Positions 24,495 to 37,312 are shown, counted from the whole stretch's first letter. The stretch is 61,954 bases of DNA, filler included, from Chiloscyllium plagiosum (GCF_004010195.1; 5 parts of one record of this genome joined end to end with filler, not necessarily neighbours in it), one strand, 5' to 3'. Numbers and translations: made by a program. The notes: a model not told the origin generated them from the sequence alone.

Positions 24495-25533
24495 TTCCAC
24501 TTTTCTCCTTATAGCCCTGTACTTTGCTTCTACTTCAGTCTAATTGCCTTTTGAACCTGTTACCACCATCATTTTAAACAGTGCATTTAAAATTTCAATA
24601 ACTTGCTGTGTACAAAGTATTAATGGAAGATTTGTTAAAACCTATTATGTAAGTGTCTTCCTCTTTATTGGAAAGCATCTAAATTCCTCTGCATTTTAAG
24701 TTAGGTAGGGAATTTGATATGTAGCAAACTCAGAACTCTTTACTGAAGCAATCCATTGCAGATACAGGATGGTGCTAGGTGTTTATTTTGGTGGTGAGTT
24801 GGTGCTGTCTAATGCAGTATATGGGATTCATAGGTGCTAGCTACACTGCTTCATCAGTGATTTCAGATCATGTGGGATTGAGGCTTGATTTAAAAAGGTT
24901 CTAATGAACCTCAGTTTAATTATATCTCTTTGCATAGTGTAAATAGTTAATAAATAAGTATCAATTTTTTCCTGATATAATCTCTAAGTCTCGCAGACCT
25001 TACTCATAATATTTACATATTTAATGTTGAGGAGATCCAATGGAGAATTAGAATGGGCTAGAATGAATGACAACACAATATGAGCATCAAATTAACTATC
25101 TTTTGCTTCTGAATTTCCAAGTCATTTCACACCTCTCTGTTGTCTGCTACACTATTCCTAGTAATTGTGTCTTCCTCTCGTGATTGGGTATATTTCGATG
25201 CTACCTTGTTCAATCCAAATTTAAAGTTTTCCTCCTTGTATTCCAGTTTCTCTGAGGCTTTTCCATCTCTCTCTCTCACACTGTCTCTCTCTGTCTTTGT
25301 CATCTCCCCCAACCCGACAACCCACTGAGAAGCCTACCTTCTTCCAATTTTGGCCTCACCTGCTCATTCTCTTTACTCCACTATTAGCTATGGTGCCTCA
25401 GTTACTTCAGCCTCAGGCTCTGAAAATGCCTTCCTGATATGTGTTCTTTCTCTAGGAGGCTTGTTCACAAGTCCCTTTTTTGAAGCTTTGACCACACACA
25501 CACACACACACACACCTCTACACCTCCCATTAA

Positions 25534-25885
25534 TGGCAAGGTGATGGCCTGGTGATATTATCTTTGGACTGTTAATCCAGAGACCCAGTTAAGGTCCTGG
25601 GGACCTGGGTTGCAGTCTTGCCATGGCACATGTAGAATTTTATTTCAATAAAAATCTGGAATTGGAAGTCTAACGGTGACCATGAATCCACTGTCAAATA
25701 TCAGGAAGAAAATCCATCTGGTTCACTAATGTCTTTTTAGGGAAAGAAATCTGCCATCCTTGCCTGGTCCGGCCTACATGTGACACCAGACTGACAGAAG
25801 TGTGGTTCACTCCTAATTCTCCACTGGGATGGACAATAAATGCTAGCCATGCCAGCAATGACTTCATCCCAAAAAAGATTTTTTT
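25534..25885 (+). mobile_element. tRNA-headed SINE sharing both ends with the 18322-21130 LINE
   Basis: A-box-like TGGCCTGGTG, anticodon-like arm TGGA-CTGTTAA-TCCA, core, AATAAATGCT tail. Minus copies at ~28400-28530 and 41590-42140. Confidence 0.75.
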
Positions 25886-26089
25886 AAAAATCCATTTTTT
25901 GGCAATGTGTCAGATTTTGTTTGACCCCCCATTCCCATGAAGCAGCTTGGCATCTTCTGTGCTGCAGGTGCAGTATAAATGCAAATTGTTGTCATCCTTG
26001 TCGGCAGGGTTGTCGCCATCTGACAATGACTCCGGGTTGCCTTTTCCCCTCACATTTTCACAATGTAACTCTGTAAGAAGCAAGCTAGG

Positions 26090-26372
26090 CCAGCACAGTG
26101 GCTCAGTGGTTAGCATTGCTGCCTCACAGTGCCAGGGACCCAGATTGAATTCCATCCTTGGGTGACTGTCTGTGTGGAGTTTGCACATTCGCCCCATGTC
26201 TGTGGGGTTTCTTGTGGGTGCTCCAGTTTCTTCTCACATGCAGGTTTGGTGGATTAGCCATAGGAAATGCAGGGTTACAGGGATAGTGCAAGAACGGTTT
26301 GAAGCTCTTCAGAGGGTCAGTGTGGACTTGATGGGCCAAATGGCTTGTTTCCACATAGTAGGGGTTCTATAA
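26090..26372 (+). mobile_element. HE1-type V-SINE
   Basis: Head, V-domain and tail. Confidence 0.88.
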
Positions 26373-26406
26373 TCTGTCCATTTGCTCCTTTTTGCATTAT
26401 TCAGAG

Positions 26407-26935
26407 TTTTTTTTGGTAATAGAAGAGATGTTTTATACTACACACTTAGACAGTTTCTTGGGACTGGGGGTTCATATCCATCAGCTTGATCCACTTTAGT
26501 ACCAGTTTCTTCACCTGTTGGTTTGCTAGAGACGCTTTCTCCTTCATCATGCACTTCCATCAGTTTGCCCAACTTAAACTTGAACTTCTTTAACGTTTGG
26601 ACATTTTGAACGTAAACGTCATGAAGAGGGTAAATGGATGACAAACTTTTTCAGTGTCCTTACCGCTGTTGTCTGGGATCTGTTTGTTGACAGTTTCCTT
26701 TGGTTTGCACTTCACGAGTCACAATCTGCACCATATTGATTCATAACGGGTCTTGAGGATTCTGATGCAGTCTTAGTCCCCTGGGTCCTTTTAACCAAGA
26801 TCTTGCCCAGATTCATGATGTTAAACATCACTGGAGCCTTAGCATCTCAGCAGTCCTTTTTAGAGAAGGGGTTCCACGATCATTATCTTCCCAATGCCCT
26901 TTTTGCCCTCCTTGGTCAGTCTCTTGCTTTTGCAG
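26407..26935 (-). pseudogene. RPS3A: Processed pseudogene of 40S ribosomal protein S3a, internally deleted
   Basis: Minus strand reads [47 protein letters not shown], jumps to [62 protein letters not shown], ends QETV* (TAA 26446-26448), then short 3'UTR and A8. Intronless, with stops and frameshifts. Confidence 0.93.
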
Positions 26936-27495
26936 CAGGAAAAGTATTGATTATTGTATCAGCATTTGCTCTATATCCCTGTAAATTCTGACTATGTTTT
27001 AGTTTCATCTCGCAATCCTGCTCTTTTTTTTGGCTTCCTAAATTATTCTAACTGTGCACAATTCTGACTTCCGAACCAGCATCTCATTTTTCCTGCAGCA
27101 TTCTGCCAGCTTCTGATCTAATTATTAAGCACTTGAAGAGTTTTTTTTCCTAGCTGTTTTGCCTCCACTTCCTTGATTTTTTTTGAGTTTGGTTGTGTCG
27201 ATTCCCAGCTCTAAGTGAGATGACTTCCGCTTTTCAACAAAGGAAATTCCTTACTTTCCAGGATTGACCTTAAACATGAGTCTGCAATTTCCTCAGCAGA
27301 TCATGAAGGTAATTTTCACTTGACCTTCTTGTCAGAAATCGTGAAATCAGGTTTGAGTCTGATTTGGCATCTAGTGTAGCATAACTCTCCATTGGGAATA
27401 TCTGCCCTGAGAATCTAGCTAAGGTTATCCTCACTAATGGGCGTAAGTGCAGTTTTCTCGTTCAGATCCAGGGTTCAGCTGTATTTATTCATTGG

Positions 27496-27838
27496 GGTGG
27501 CACGGTGGCTTAGTGGTTAACATTGCTGCCTCACAGTGCCAGGGACCCAGGTTTGATTCTACTCTTGGATGATTGTCCGTGTGAAGTTTGCATGTTCTCC
27601 TCGTGTCTGCATAGGTTTCCTCCAGGTGCACCAGTTCCTCCCACAGTCCAAAGATGTGCGTGGATTGGCCATGCTAAATTTCAAAGAGTTCAGAGATGCA
27701 CACAGGGTGGATTAGCTTAGGGAAGTGCAGGGTTACAGGCATAGGTAGGGGGGGTGGATCTGGGTGGGATACTCTTCAGAAGGTCGGTGCGAACTCAAAG
27801 GGCCGAATGGCCTGCTTCCACACTGTAGGGATCCTATA
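27496..27838 (+). mobile_element. HE1-type V-SINE
   Basis: Head, V-domain and tail. Confidence 0.88.
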
Positions 27839-28829
27839 TTTGGGAGAGAATATAGCATTTTGTTTTGATTCAAGGAAGAGGGAGGGGAAGGATGCATGAA
27901 CGAATTGAATTTGCGCATTTCTTTTGTGAGGCGACGAGTCAATGGACTTGACTCTGTTAACAAATTGCTTAGTGGTCTGGTGTTATTGCACTGCAGTGAG
28001 AAAACAGAATCATATGTCAATTAGCTTTCCTATGTTTTGTAATGTCTAAACATATTTTATTGTTGAAATTATTTTTTTATAAAAGATAACCGCAAAGAAG
28101 TGGCAGACAGAATAAGAAGCTGTAGGAAAAGCCTGGGTCCTAGTGATTGAGTTTGGCACCAGCTGAAGGCTAAATGAGATCATCTGGTTTCCTTACAGAA
28201 CCGAGAGTTTGTTTTGGTGGATGCAGCTGTTGATGTTTCATTATTTCTTACTTGATTGGTAATTGCCAACTTCTGCTCTGCCGCTGTTGTTTCACAAGCT
28301 TTCATCTTCCCACACAGGGAGGGTTCTCAATACATTCTGCTCTCATTGGCACCATTTCACTCTGCTGCATTATTTTTGACACATCTTCAGGATATTGGTT
28401 TCACTCCAAGTCTGCCATTTATTTCTCATCCCTGGTGAGCCAGTTAAGAGTTGACCACGTTTCTATGAGGCTGGAGTCACATACAGGCTGGCCTTGATAA
28501 GGATGGCAGATTCCCGAAAGGAAATTAGTCATTTACACCATAGAAGGAGGCTCTTCAGCCAGTTGAGCCTGCTTCCTGTTTTGTACAAGGTACTCCAGTC
28601 ATCCCCAAGCCCCACTCAATCTCTGTAGACCTGTAAGTGTACTTCCTTTTATGTGCCTATCCAATTCCACTTTGAAATCTGCCTCCACAATTCTTGTGGG
28701 CAGTGAATTCCAGAACATTACCATTCGCTGCCTAAAAATATTCTTTCTCTTATTTACCTTTTGTTTCTTTCTAAAACCTGAAATTTGTGCCCACCTCTAT
28801 CTACGTTATCCAAAACAGTCAAAATTTAG

Positions 28830-29210
28830 TAAACCTCTACCAAAGAGGCTGATACCTTATCGCCAAGTCACCCTTTATTTACAAGGATCGTCCTTGACTC
28901 TGACAGCTGACTCCGCTCTTCATCATCAGCTCTGAGTGCCGGCACTTCTGACACTCCCTTTTTCTTTTGTTTAATTTTTTTCTTTCTTTTTCTGTTTTTT
29001 TTTTAAACCCCCACACTACCGCCTAACTGTGGTAGTGCTTATTTTTTCCCCAGCACCCATGTTGTATGTGCAGGTATGAGACACAGTGAGAGACACAAGG
29101 TGCACAAATCTTTATTCAAATTTCCAACACTGCCCTTTTCATCTGTAAGCTAGGGCTCCCTGAATGGACCAGATTAACAGCCCAATCAGGGAACTACAAT
29201 CACGACGTAG
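28830..29210 (-). mobile_element. Solo LTR-like element with nested poly(A)-tailed insertion (~28965-29126)
   Basis: LTR homology on both sides; insert flanked by ACACTCCCTTTTTC / ACACTGCCCTTTTC. Confidence 0.6.
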
Positions 29211-29229
29211 ATTGTCTGCCAGAATGTTG

Positions 29230-29950
29230 TCACCTGGCACTGCTCTACATTAAATTCCATTTGTCACTTGCCAGTCCATTCTGCTGCTTTATGACATGTT
29301 GAAGGCATGTCACATATACCATCTTCCATTCCTCCAAGTTTGTTATCATTTGCAAATTTTGAAAATTCATCCCTGTATTCCAAGGTCCAAGTCACTTTGA
29401 TATACTGCAAAAGAGGAAGCAGTGGTCCTAGTGCTGACCGCTGGGGAACACCACCACTGGCCATCCTCCAGTCTGATAAACAATCACCTCATGACTATTC
29501 AGTGCTTTCTGTCTTTAAACCAATTAATTACTGGCCCTTCTATGCCATGAGCCTCAATTTTATTAACCAGCGTTTTATGTGATACTTTGGATATATGATT
29601 TTGTGAAAACATTTGATATTATCCACCACATTCTCTTCAAACTTGTCTATTCTTCATCTAAAAAATTTCATTTGATTAACTAAGCATAATTTGCTTCTTA
29701 AATCTGTGCTTAGTTAGTAATTCCATTATTTAACTGTATCCTCTAATCGCCATTTCCTTTGTTTTTCTTTCTGAAACCTCACTCGCTATTGATGTAAAAC
29801 TAACCGCCCTGTCATTGCTAGGACTTTGCTTAATCCTTATTGAAGAACGGTGTCACATTTGTCACTCCCGAGTCCCCTTCAAAACCCCTCGCCATCTCTA
29901 ATGAAAATTGATGGAAACGGGAAGCCCTTCTGCTATTTCCACCCTCACTT
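29230..29950 (-). mobile_element. Old CR1-type RT fragment
   Basis: GVPQRSALGPLL, SKFANDNKLGG. Confidence 0.75.
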
Positions 29951-29972
29951 CCTCCAGTGACTGACAATAGAC

Positions 29973-31700
29973 CATAGAACATAGAACATAGAAGAATACA
30001 GCGCAGTACAGGCCCTTCGGCCCTCAATGTTGCGCCGATCCAAGCCCACCTAACCTACACTAGCCCACTATCCTCCATATGCCTATCCAATGCCCGCTTA
30101 AATGCCCATAAAGAGGGAGAGTCCACCACTGCTACTGACAGGGCATTCCATGAACTCACGAATCGCTGAGTAAAGAACCTACCCCTAACATCTGCCCTTT
30201 ACCTACCACCCCTTAATTTAAAGCTATGCCCACTCATAATAGCTGACTCCATATGTGGAAAAAGGTTCTCATGNNNNNNNNNNNNNNNNNNNNNNNNNNN
30301 NNNNNNNNNNNNNNNNNNNNNNNNNNNNNNNNNNNNNNNNNNNNNNNNNNNNNNNNNNNNNNNNNNNNNNNNNNNNNNNNNNNNNNNNNNNNNNNNNNNN
30401 NNNNNNNNNNNNNNNNNNNNNNNNNNNNNNNNNNNNNNNNNNNNNNNNNNNNNNNNNNNNNNNNNNNNNNNNNNNNNNNNNNNNNNNNNNNNNNNNNNNN
30501 NNNNNNNNNNNNNNNNNNNNNNNNNNNNNNNNNNNNNNNNNNNNNNNNNNNNNNNNNNNNNNNNNNNNNNNNNNNNNNNNNNNNNNNNNNNNNNNNNNNN
30601 NNNNNNNNNNNNNNNNNNNNNNNNNNNNNNNNNNNNNNNNNNNNNNNNNNNNNNNNNNNNNNNNNNNNNNNNNNNNNNNNNNNNNNNNNNNNNNNNNNNN
30701 NNNNNNNNNNNNNNNNNNNNNNNNNNNNNNNNNNNNNNNNNNNNNNNNNNNNNNNNNNNNNNNNNNCTCGAGGTCATTTATAAAAATGACAAACAGCAAT
30801 GGTCCCAAAACAGATCCTTGCGGAACACCGCTAGTGACGGCACTCCAAGATGAACCTTTGCCATCAACTACTACCCTCTGTCTTCTTCCAGCCAGCCAAC
30901 TCCTAATCCAAACCTCCAACTCACCCTCAATGCCATACCTCCGTATTTTTTGCAGTAGTCTACCATGGGGAACCTTATCAAACGCCTTACTAAAATCCAT
31001 ATACACCACATCTACTGCTTTCCCCTCGTCCACCTTCTTAGTTACCGTCTCAAAGAATTCAACAAGGTTTGTGAGGCACGACATGCCCTTCACAAAACCA
31101 TGCTGACTATCCTTGATCACATTATTCCTATCCAGATGTTCATAAATCCTATCCCTTACAATTCTCTCTAAGATTTTGCCCACAACAGAAGTGAGACTCA
31201 CCGGCCTATAGTTACCAGGGTTATCCCTACTCCCCTTCTTGAACAAGGGAACCACATTTGCTAGCCTCCAATCTTCTGGCACTACTCCTGTAGACAACGA
31301 GGACATAAAAATCAAGGCCAATGGCTCTGCAATCTCCTCCCTTGCTTCCCAGAGAATCTGGGAAAAGTATTCATTCAGTGTCTCCCCAATCTCTTCAGCC
31401 TCCACACGCAACTTCCCACTACTATCCTTGACTGGACCTATTCCTACCCTAGGATAAATGCCATCAGGCCCAGGGGACTTATCTATTTTCACCCTTTCCA
31501 ACACCTCTTCTCTACATACCTCAAAGCCATCCATTCTACTTAATTGTGACTCAGTACTCACATTGACAACAATGTCCTGTTCCTGATTGAATACTGACGA
31601 AAAGTATTCATTCAGTGTCTCCCCAATCTCTTCAGCCTCCACACGCAACTTCCCACTACTATCCTTGACTGGACCTATTCCTACCCTAGTCATTCTTTTA
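29973..31700 (-). mobile_element. Young CR1 LINE ORF2 (RT) and 3' tail spanning 493-N gap
   Basis: Open frame 30767-31693 with [49 protein letters not shown]; (CATAGAA)n tail. Confidence 0.95.
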
Positions 31701-32918
31701 TTCCTGGTGACTTACCTATCTGAGGTGTAGCCAATCTTTCTAACACCTTCTTCAGTTTCACCCGATTCATCAATTCTACCATTTCCGTTTCAAAAAGTGC
31801 GTCCCATAGACTGCTGTCGCACCAGAGATGGCTGATGGTGAGTTTTACGTAAGGGTCACCATGCCTTTCGGTGGTGGGCAAGTTTGAGTGGGTACGGCCT
31901 TCACAGTGATTTCAGCTGGTATAGAAACTGAACTGCTGTTATGTCTGTATCACAACCAGCCTTCCAGCCAACTGAGCTAACCTATCCCTCACCTCTCCGT
32001 CTGTTGATAATCACATTGCTCCTCTTAGTAAACACTGATACAACGTACTCACTAAGTATTCTAGCTTTGTCACTTCTTAGCATATCTTGCCTGTTTTTCC
32101 CTAATAAGACTCATTCCATTCCTTACTAAACCACCTTTACCAATCAGAACATGCTTGGGTTTCCTTTCCACTGATGGTCATTCTATTCCCATTTTTCTTA
32201 CTTAATTTGGGCACACAGTGTAGGGTAGACCAGTCACTTTTGCCAAACATTGCTCTGGAGGTGGTAACGGTGAACAGTCCATGTGGGCTAGATACACATA
32301 CTGTGCTGTTAGGAAGAGAGTTCCATGATTTTCCCAGCAATACTGAAGGAAGGATGGTTTTGTTCCAAGTCAGTATGACATGGGGACCATAAGGCCATAA
32401 TGCTGTTGTGGATATTTTAAACCTTATACTGCAATGGATGTAGAATTGAAAAGTACAGATGGAAAGTCGTTCTGTGAAATATTCAGATGCCAAGGACAAG
32501 TTATTTTGTACATTAAACTGGGGCCCTCTAAATCAATCTTAAACTTGGGCTATCAAAATTTATTACGTCGTAAATATTTCAAAGCGTTGCTGATCATCGT
32601 GTGATTGATTTAATGTGTGCAAATTCTAAGTGTATTGTTTGCCGATATTCTTGCAGGTCTGTATGCAGAATACCTCTCACTCTTTGGTATATCTCGGTGT
32701 TCCCTGTCTCCAGTCTTCAATTCTTAGGCATTTAAATGTGCCATAACAATCATTCGTTGCTTTACAATTTTTTTCAGAAACCTTTTTGAGTATTGTTGCT
32801 GTTAATTAATTCTTGTAAAACCTTCTCCATACAATCAAAGACTCTCACTCTCAATAATAAAATCAAATTTTACACTTGACATGTTGTGCTGATACTTTGA
32901 GCACTTCACCTTTTCTTT

Positions 32919-32951
32919 TGTGTGTGTATGCATGTGTGTGTGTGTGTGTGT
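32919..32951. repeat. (TG)n microsatellite, interrupted
   Basis: Direct reading. Confidence 0.9.
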
Positions 32952-33139
32952 TCGCAAGATACATTCAGCCATGGCCATGTCTGTACTGAATGTTTGTATG
33001 TAAATTTTCACTGATTTCAGTTTGAAGAGTAGTCTGACCTATCAGTGGCTGATTATACTGTGGGACTAGTGAATGTATATGTCAGTACAGAAAAGGACTG
33101 GGGAGGAATTGCTTAAGTTTAAAATAACTTGCTGTATTG

Positions 33140-33630
33140 GAATCATTGTTTCATTCCTGAGCTTTTACAATCTTGATGAGGAACATGGATAAATTCCACC
33201 AAGGCTGGGGGTGAATTAGACACTCGGGCCAAGCACTTTCATAAGGGTCAAAAATGGGCATTTTCTCTTGGGGAGGATCAAATAATACTGCTGGAGGGAG
33301 TTGCTAGCATCTAAAAATCCTCTAAGAGGAAAGCATCATTATGAAAGTGAATGGAAACAAGCATAAGAAAATTCTATTTCCCCACACTTTAACTTGGGGC
33401 AGCAGCAACCTTAAGAAAGTGCTTGGCCCAAGTGTTTTAAAAGGCTATGATATTGTTTCCCAACTGGAACTTAGAATTTGCTGTGAAGTAAGATTTAGTC
33501 AACATCAGTTTTGGCTGTCCTTGACAGGTCAAGTTTATTGTGGAAAGCTAAATTTACTCCCAACCTTGCTGGAATTTATCCATGTTCCTCATCAAGATTG
33601 TAAAAGTTCAGGGCTGAAACATTGATTTCA
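33140..33630. repeat. Long inverted repeat (fold-back / MITE-like)
   Basis: 37-bp perfect IR 33162-33198 / 33570-33606 within longer imperfect arms; inner 25/27 IR 33220-33246 / 33409-33435. Confidence 0.9.
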
Positions 33631-34129
33631 ACACATCAGCACAGTGTACTTTTTAAGCATACAAACCTTCTTCCACTCATATGTTTAAAAGGACACCCAA
33701 GTACATAACTTTTGTAAAAAAGTAACTCATAGTAGGGAATTTATGAATGTGGGTATGACTATTTTTCATCTTCTAAAAGATTATTTTCTGATTTTGGGTG
33801 TGTACATATTTTATGGCTTTATAGTAATCCTGACAGCTCATTCCGACTCAGTAGCTTATGCTTTCCTGTGCATTTGTTTTTTTAGAAATGAATTTGCCAG
33901 CAGCAAAATAAGCTGCTTGTGTTGATTTGTCCTTTTGGGAGGTAGTTAAACCATAAGTTGTAGAACATTGCAACATGTAGAGCGAAAGGCAAACTCATTG
34001 AAAAGTGCATGGAAACAAAAGCAATAGAGAAATGACAAAAGCCAAGCTTCCTTTTGCATTGATCCAGCAAAAAGCAACTGGAGCCTTCAACAATTGTACC
34101 TCTGGATAGGAAATTTGCACTTGCCACTC

Positions 34130-35870
34130 TCCATTTAAGAAGGGTGACCGAGGCAAACCAGGGAATTACAGGTCAGTTAGCCTAATATCTGGGGTGGGGA
34201 AATTGTTTGAGTCGATAAACAAGAATGGGGTAACTGACCATCTCAAAATTCCAATTAATCAGGGAGAGTGAGCATGGATTCATGAAGGGTAAGTCATGCC
34301 TGACAAACCTCAGAATTTTTTGAAGAGGTGACACAGGTGGTGGACCAAGATAAGTCAGTGGGTGCTGTTTGTACAGTCATTCCTCTATGTCAGTGAGAGT
34401 TCAGTTCCTCACAACCCCAGCAAATAAAGAAATTCATTTAAAAATAAGTGTAAAAATAGATTAAAAATCATGGACACATGAGTTTTTCCTGTGTATGCTC
34501 AATTTTGTTGATACTTTTTGATGTGGATAAGTAAATTTGCAAGTTTTTGGGTACCAAGTATTTATTGTACGGACACCCAGAAGTCTTTTAATAAGGTTTA
34601 GAGATTCCAACCAGAACACGGAGGTAGTAATATCATCCAAGAGACAGTCAGATAGGATGGAAGCCCATAGAACTGAGGGTAAATTACTGACATGGATAGG
34701 AAATTGGTTGAGTAGCAGGAAACAGAGTTGGAATAATGGGTAAGTACTCAAATTGGCAGGACGACATTAATGGTGTCCCAAAGGGTTCTGTGTTAGGGAC
34801 TCAATTATTCACAATATTCATTAACAATTTGGATAATGACATAATAATCAAATATCCAAGTTTGCTGACGACACAAAATTTGGCATTGTAGACAATAATG
34901 GTGACGGGGGCATAAAATTACAACAGAATATTGAGCGATTAGGTCAATGGGCAAAGCAAAGCAGATGGGGTTCAGGTGCAAAGCTCTTTAAAATGCCATG
35001 AACAGGTGCAGAAAATCATCAAGAAAGCTAATGGAATGCTGGCCTTCATATCTAGATTAGATTCCCTACAGCGTGGAAGCAGGCCCTTTGGCCCAACTAG
35101 TCCACACCGACTCTCTAACTTCTTCACCCAGAGAGTGGTGGGTGTGTGGGATGCTGTGCCCCAGAAGGCAGTGGAGGCTCAGTCTCTGGATTTGTTTAAG
35201 AAAGAGTTGGATAGAGCTCTCAAGGATAGTGGAATCAAGGGTTATGGAGATGAGGCAGGAACAGGATACTGATTGAGGATGATCAGTCATGATCATAATG
35301 AATGGTGGTGCAGGCTCGAAGGGCAGAATGGCCTACTCCTGCACCAATTGTCTAAAGAGTAACCCACCCAGACCCATTTCCCTCTGACTAACACACCTAA
35401 CACTATGGGCAATTTAGCATGACCAATTCACCTAACCTGCATATCTTTGGACTGTGGGAGGAAACCAGAGCGCCCGGAGGAAACCCATGCAGACATGAGG
35501 AGAATGTGTAAACTCCACACAGAGAGTTACCCAAGGCTGGAATCGAACCTGGGTCCCTGGCACTGTGAGGCAGCAGTGCTAACCACTGATCCATTGTGCC
35601 ACCCCTAAAGGGCTGGAGAATCAGGATGCAGGCATTATGCTGCCATTATACAAAACCCTAGTTGGACCAACTTGGAATACTGTGAGCAGATCTGGGCACT
35701 TCACTAGGAAAGATGTTCTGGCACTGGAGAGAGCTCAATGCAGGTTTACAAGGATGATACTGGACTTCAGGAGTCAAGTTATGAGGAGAAAATAGGCAAA
35801 ATAGCCCTTTATTCTCTTGAATTTAGAGTTTTAAGTCCTGGTCTAATAAGTCTTCAGGATATTAACAGGG
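34130..35870 (+). mobile_element. Old CR1-type LINE RT region, fragmented
   Basis: PGNYRSVSL, HGFMKGKSCLTNL, GVPKGSVLG, SKFADDTK, KKANGMLAFISR remnants. Confidence 0.75.
35054..35604 (-). mobile_element. HE1-type V-SINE with nested + strand LINE 3' fragment (~35118-35352)
   Basis: SINE halves separated by a FFTQRVVGVWDAVP-containing tail. Confidence 0.85.
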
Positions 35871-37029
35871 AAAGACAAGGTAGATAAAGACTCCTCATCA
35901 CAGAATCACAGAATTGTGATGGTACAGAAAGAGGCCATTCAGCCCATCATGCCTGCACCAGTTCTAATCCTAGTGCCAATCCCCCGCCTTTTTCCCCATA
36001 GACTGGCACACCATTTCTATCCACATTATCATCCAATGCATTTCTGAATGCCTCAATTGAATCTGCCCAACCACATTTCCGGTCATCTCCAAAGGAGTAA
36101 GGAGCCAAATGTAAGGCAGTCCAATTCTTGTCTTGGCCCTTTTCTGTTCTATTGTGGACTGTAATCTCCTGGAATGAGAGAAAGGAAAGGATTGAAAGTA
36201 GATGGAACAATGTAGTGCCGGTGGGGGAAAGGTGATGAGGTGTCCCCAGTGAGTGAGTAGGCAGCGCAGAGGCTTTGCAGATTTAGTGGTGTGGAGGATT
36301 GTGAGGTTAAGAGTGAGTGATAGGAGATGTTGCATGCACTCGTCAGTGTGGTAGAACATGAATTTCAGTGAGAACTGTGTGCAGTCACAGGGAGAAGATG
36401 TTGGCATTTAACTTGGTGGAACGGAGAAGGTCATTGACCAACCTGCAGAATTGATGGGTGTTGGTCTAAATGGCTAAGACTGCACTGACCCAGATAGCTA
36501 TCTCACACTGGGCTGTCTAGTAGGGTCTGCTGTTATGGCCTCCTCTACTGACCCTGGTAAGAGGATATCCTTTCTCTGTACAACTCCTGGCCAACAGGTC
36601 CCCGAATACCAATCTCCCCTTGTCTGCCAAATCCATGGCAAATGTCGACAGCCAAGCAGGGCAGCTCTGGACTGAGTGTTTGACCAGATGCACAATGGCC
36701 CTTTAACAACAGCAATCGGGATCCAAGGATATCCCGGAAGTGGTGAGAATTCTATGGCTACAGCAAGTGGGAGAATTGGGCTAGCATTGGACAAGATGAC
36801 AGCAGAAGGACCTGGAGGCAAGTTGAGGAGGCAAGTTAAGGAGGCAAGTTTGAGACAATAGCATAAGAGGTTGTGGAGAGAAACACTCCGTGAAATTCAA
36901 CAAAATGGTACTTTGCCAAAATACAGTAATATTCAGTCTGAAGTTTTTATTTCTGAAATGAGTTGCATTCTCTGAACTTTGTACCAATGCCTTAAATGAT
37001 ATATAATATAAGAACAAATATAAGATTGT

Positions 37030-37312
37030 GAACAGCATGGATAGGGTGGTAAGTATGACACCTTTTCTGCAGGGTGGAAGGGGTCAATTACTAGGGGGCG
37101 CATGTTCACGATGTAGGGGAAGGATGTTTAAAAGAGATGTACGACCCAAAGGGTGGTGAGTGCCTGGAGGATGTTGCCAGAGGAGGTGGTGGAAGCAGAC
37201 ACAATAGTAGCACCTGGGGAATAGGAAGGGAATAGAAGGTTACGGATCCTGTAAGAGAAGCAGTTTTAATGCGCTTGAAAGACTGAAGGACCTGTTCCTG
37301 TGCTGTTTTGTT
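37030..37312 (+). mobile_element. CR1 3' fragment
   Basis: YKIVNSMDRV-like end; related to 6615-6825. Confidence 0.7.

Noticed and set aside
25534..25630. Genuine tRNA-Asn gene
   Set aside because: B box and acceptor stem are degenerate and it continues into a SINE body; HE1 heads were rejected as tRNAs for the same reason.
30199..31106. Long ORFs of 176-283 aa
   Set aside because: Artefacts of translating through the N gap, or antisense to CR1 RT.
36498..36861. Overlapping 107-aa and 61-aa ORFs as PRKAG2 exon 3
   Set aside because: No SP-rich PRKAG2 similarity or clear splice sites; possibly a decayed repeat.
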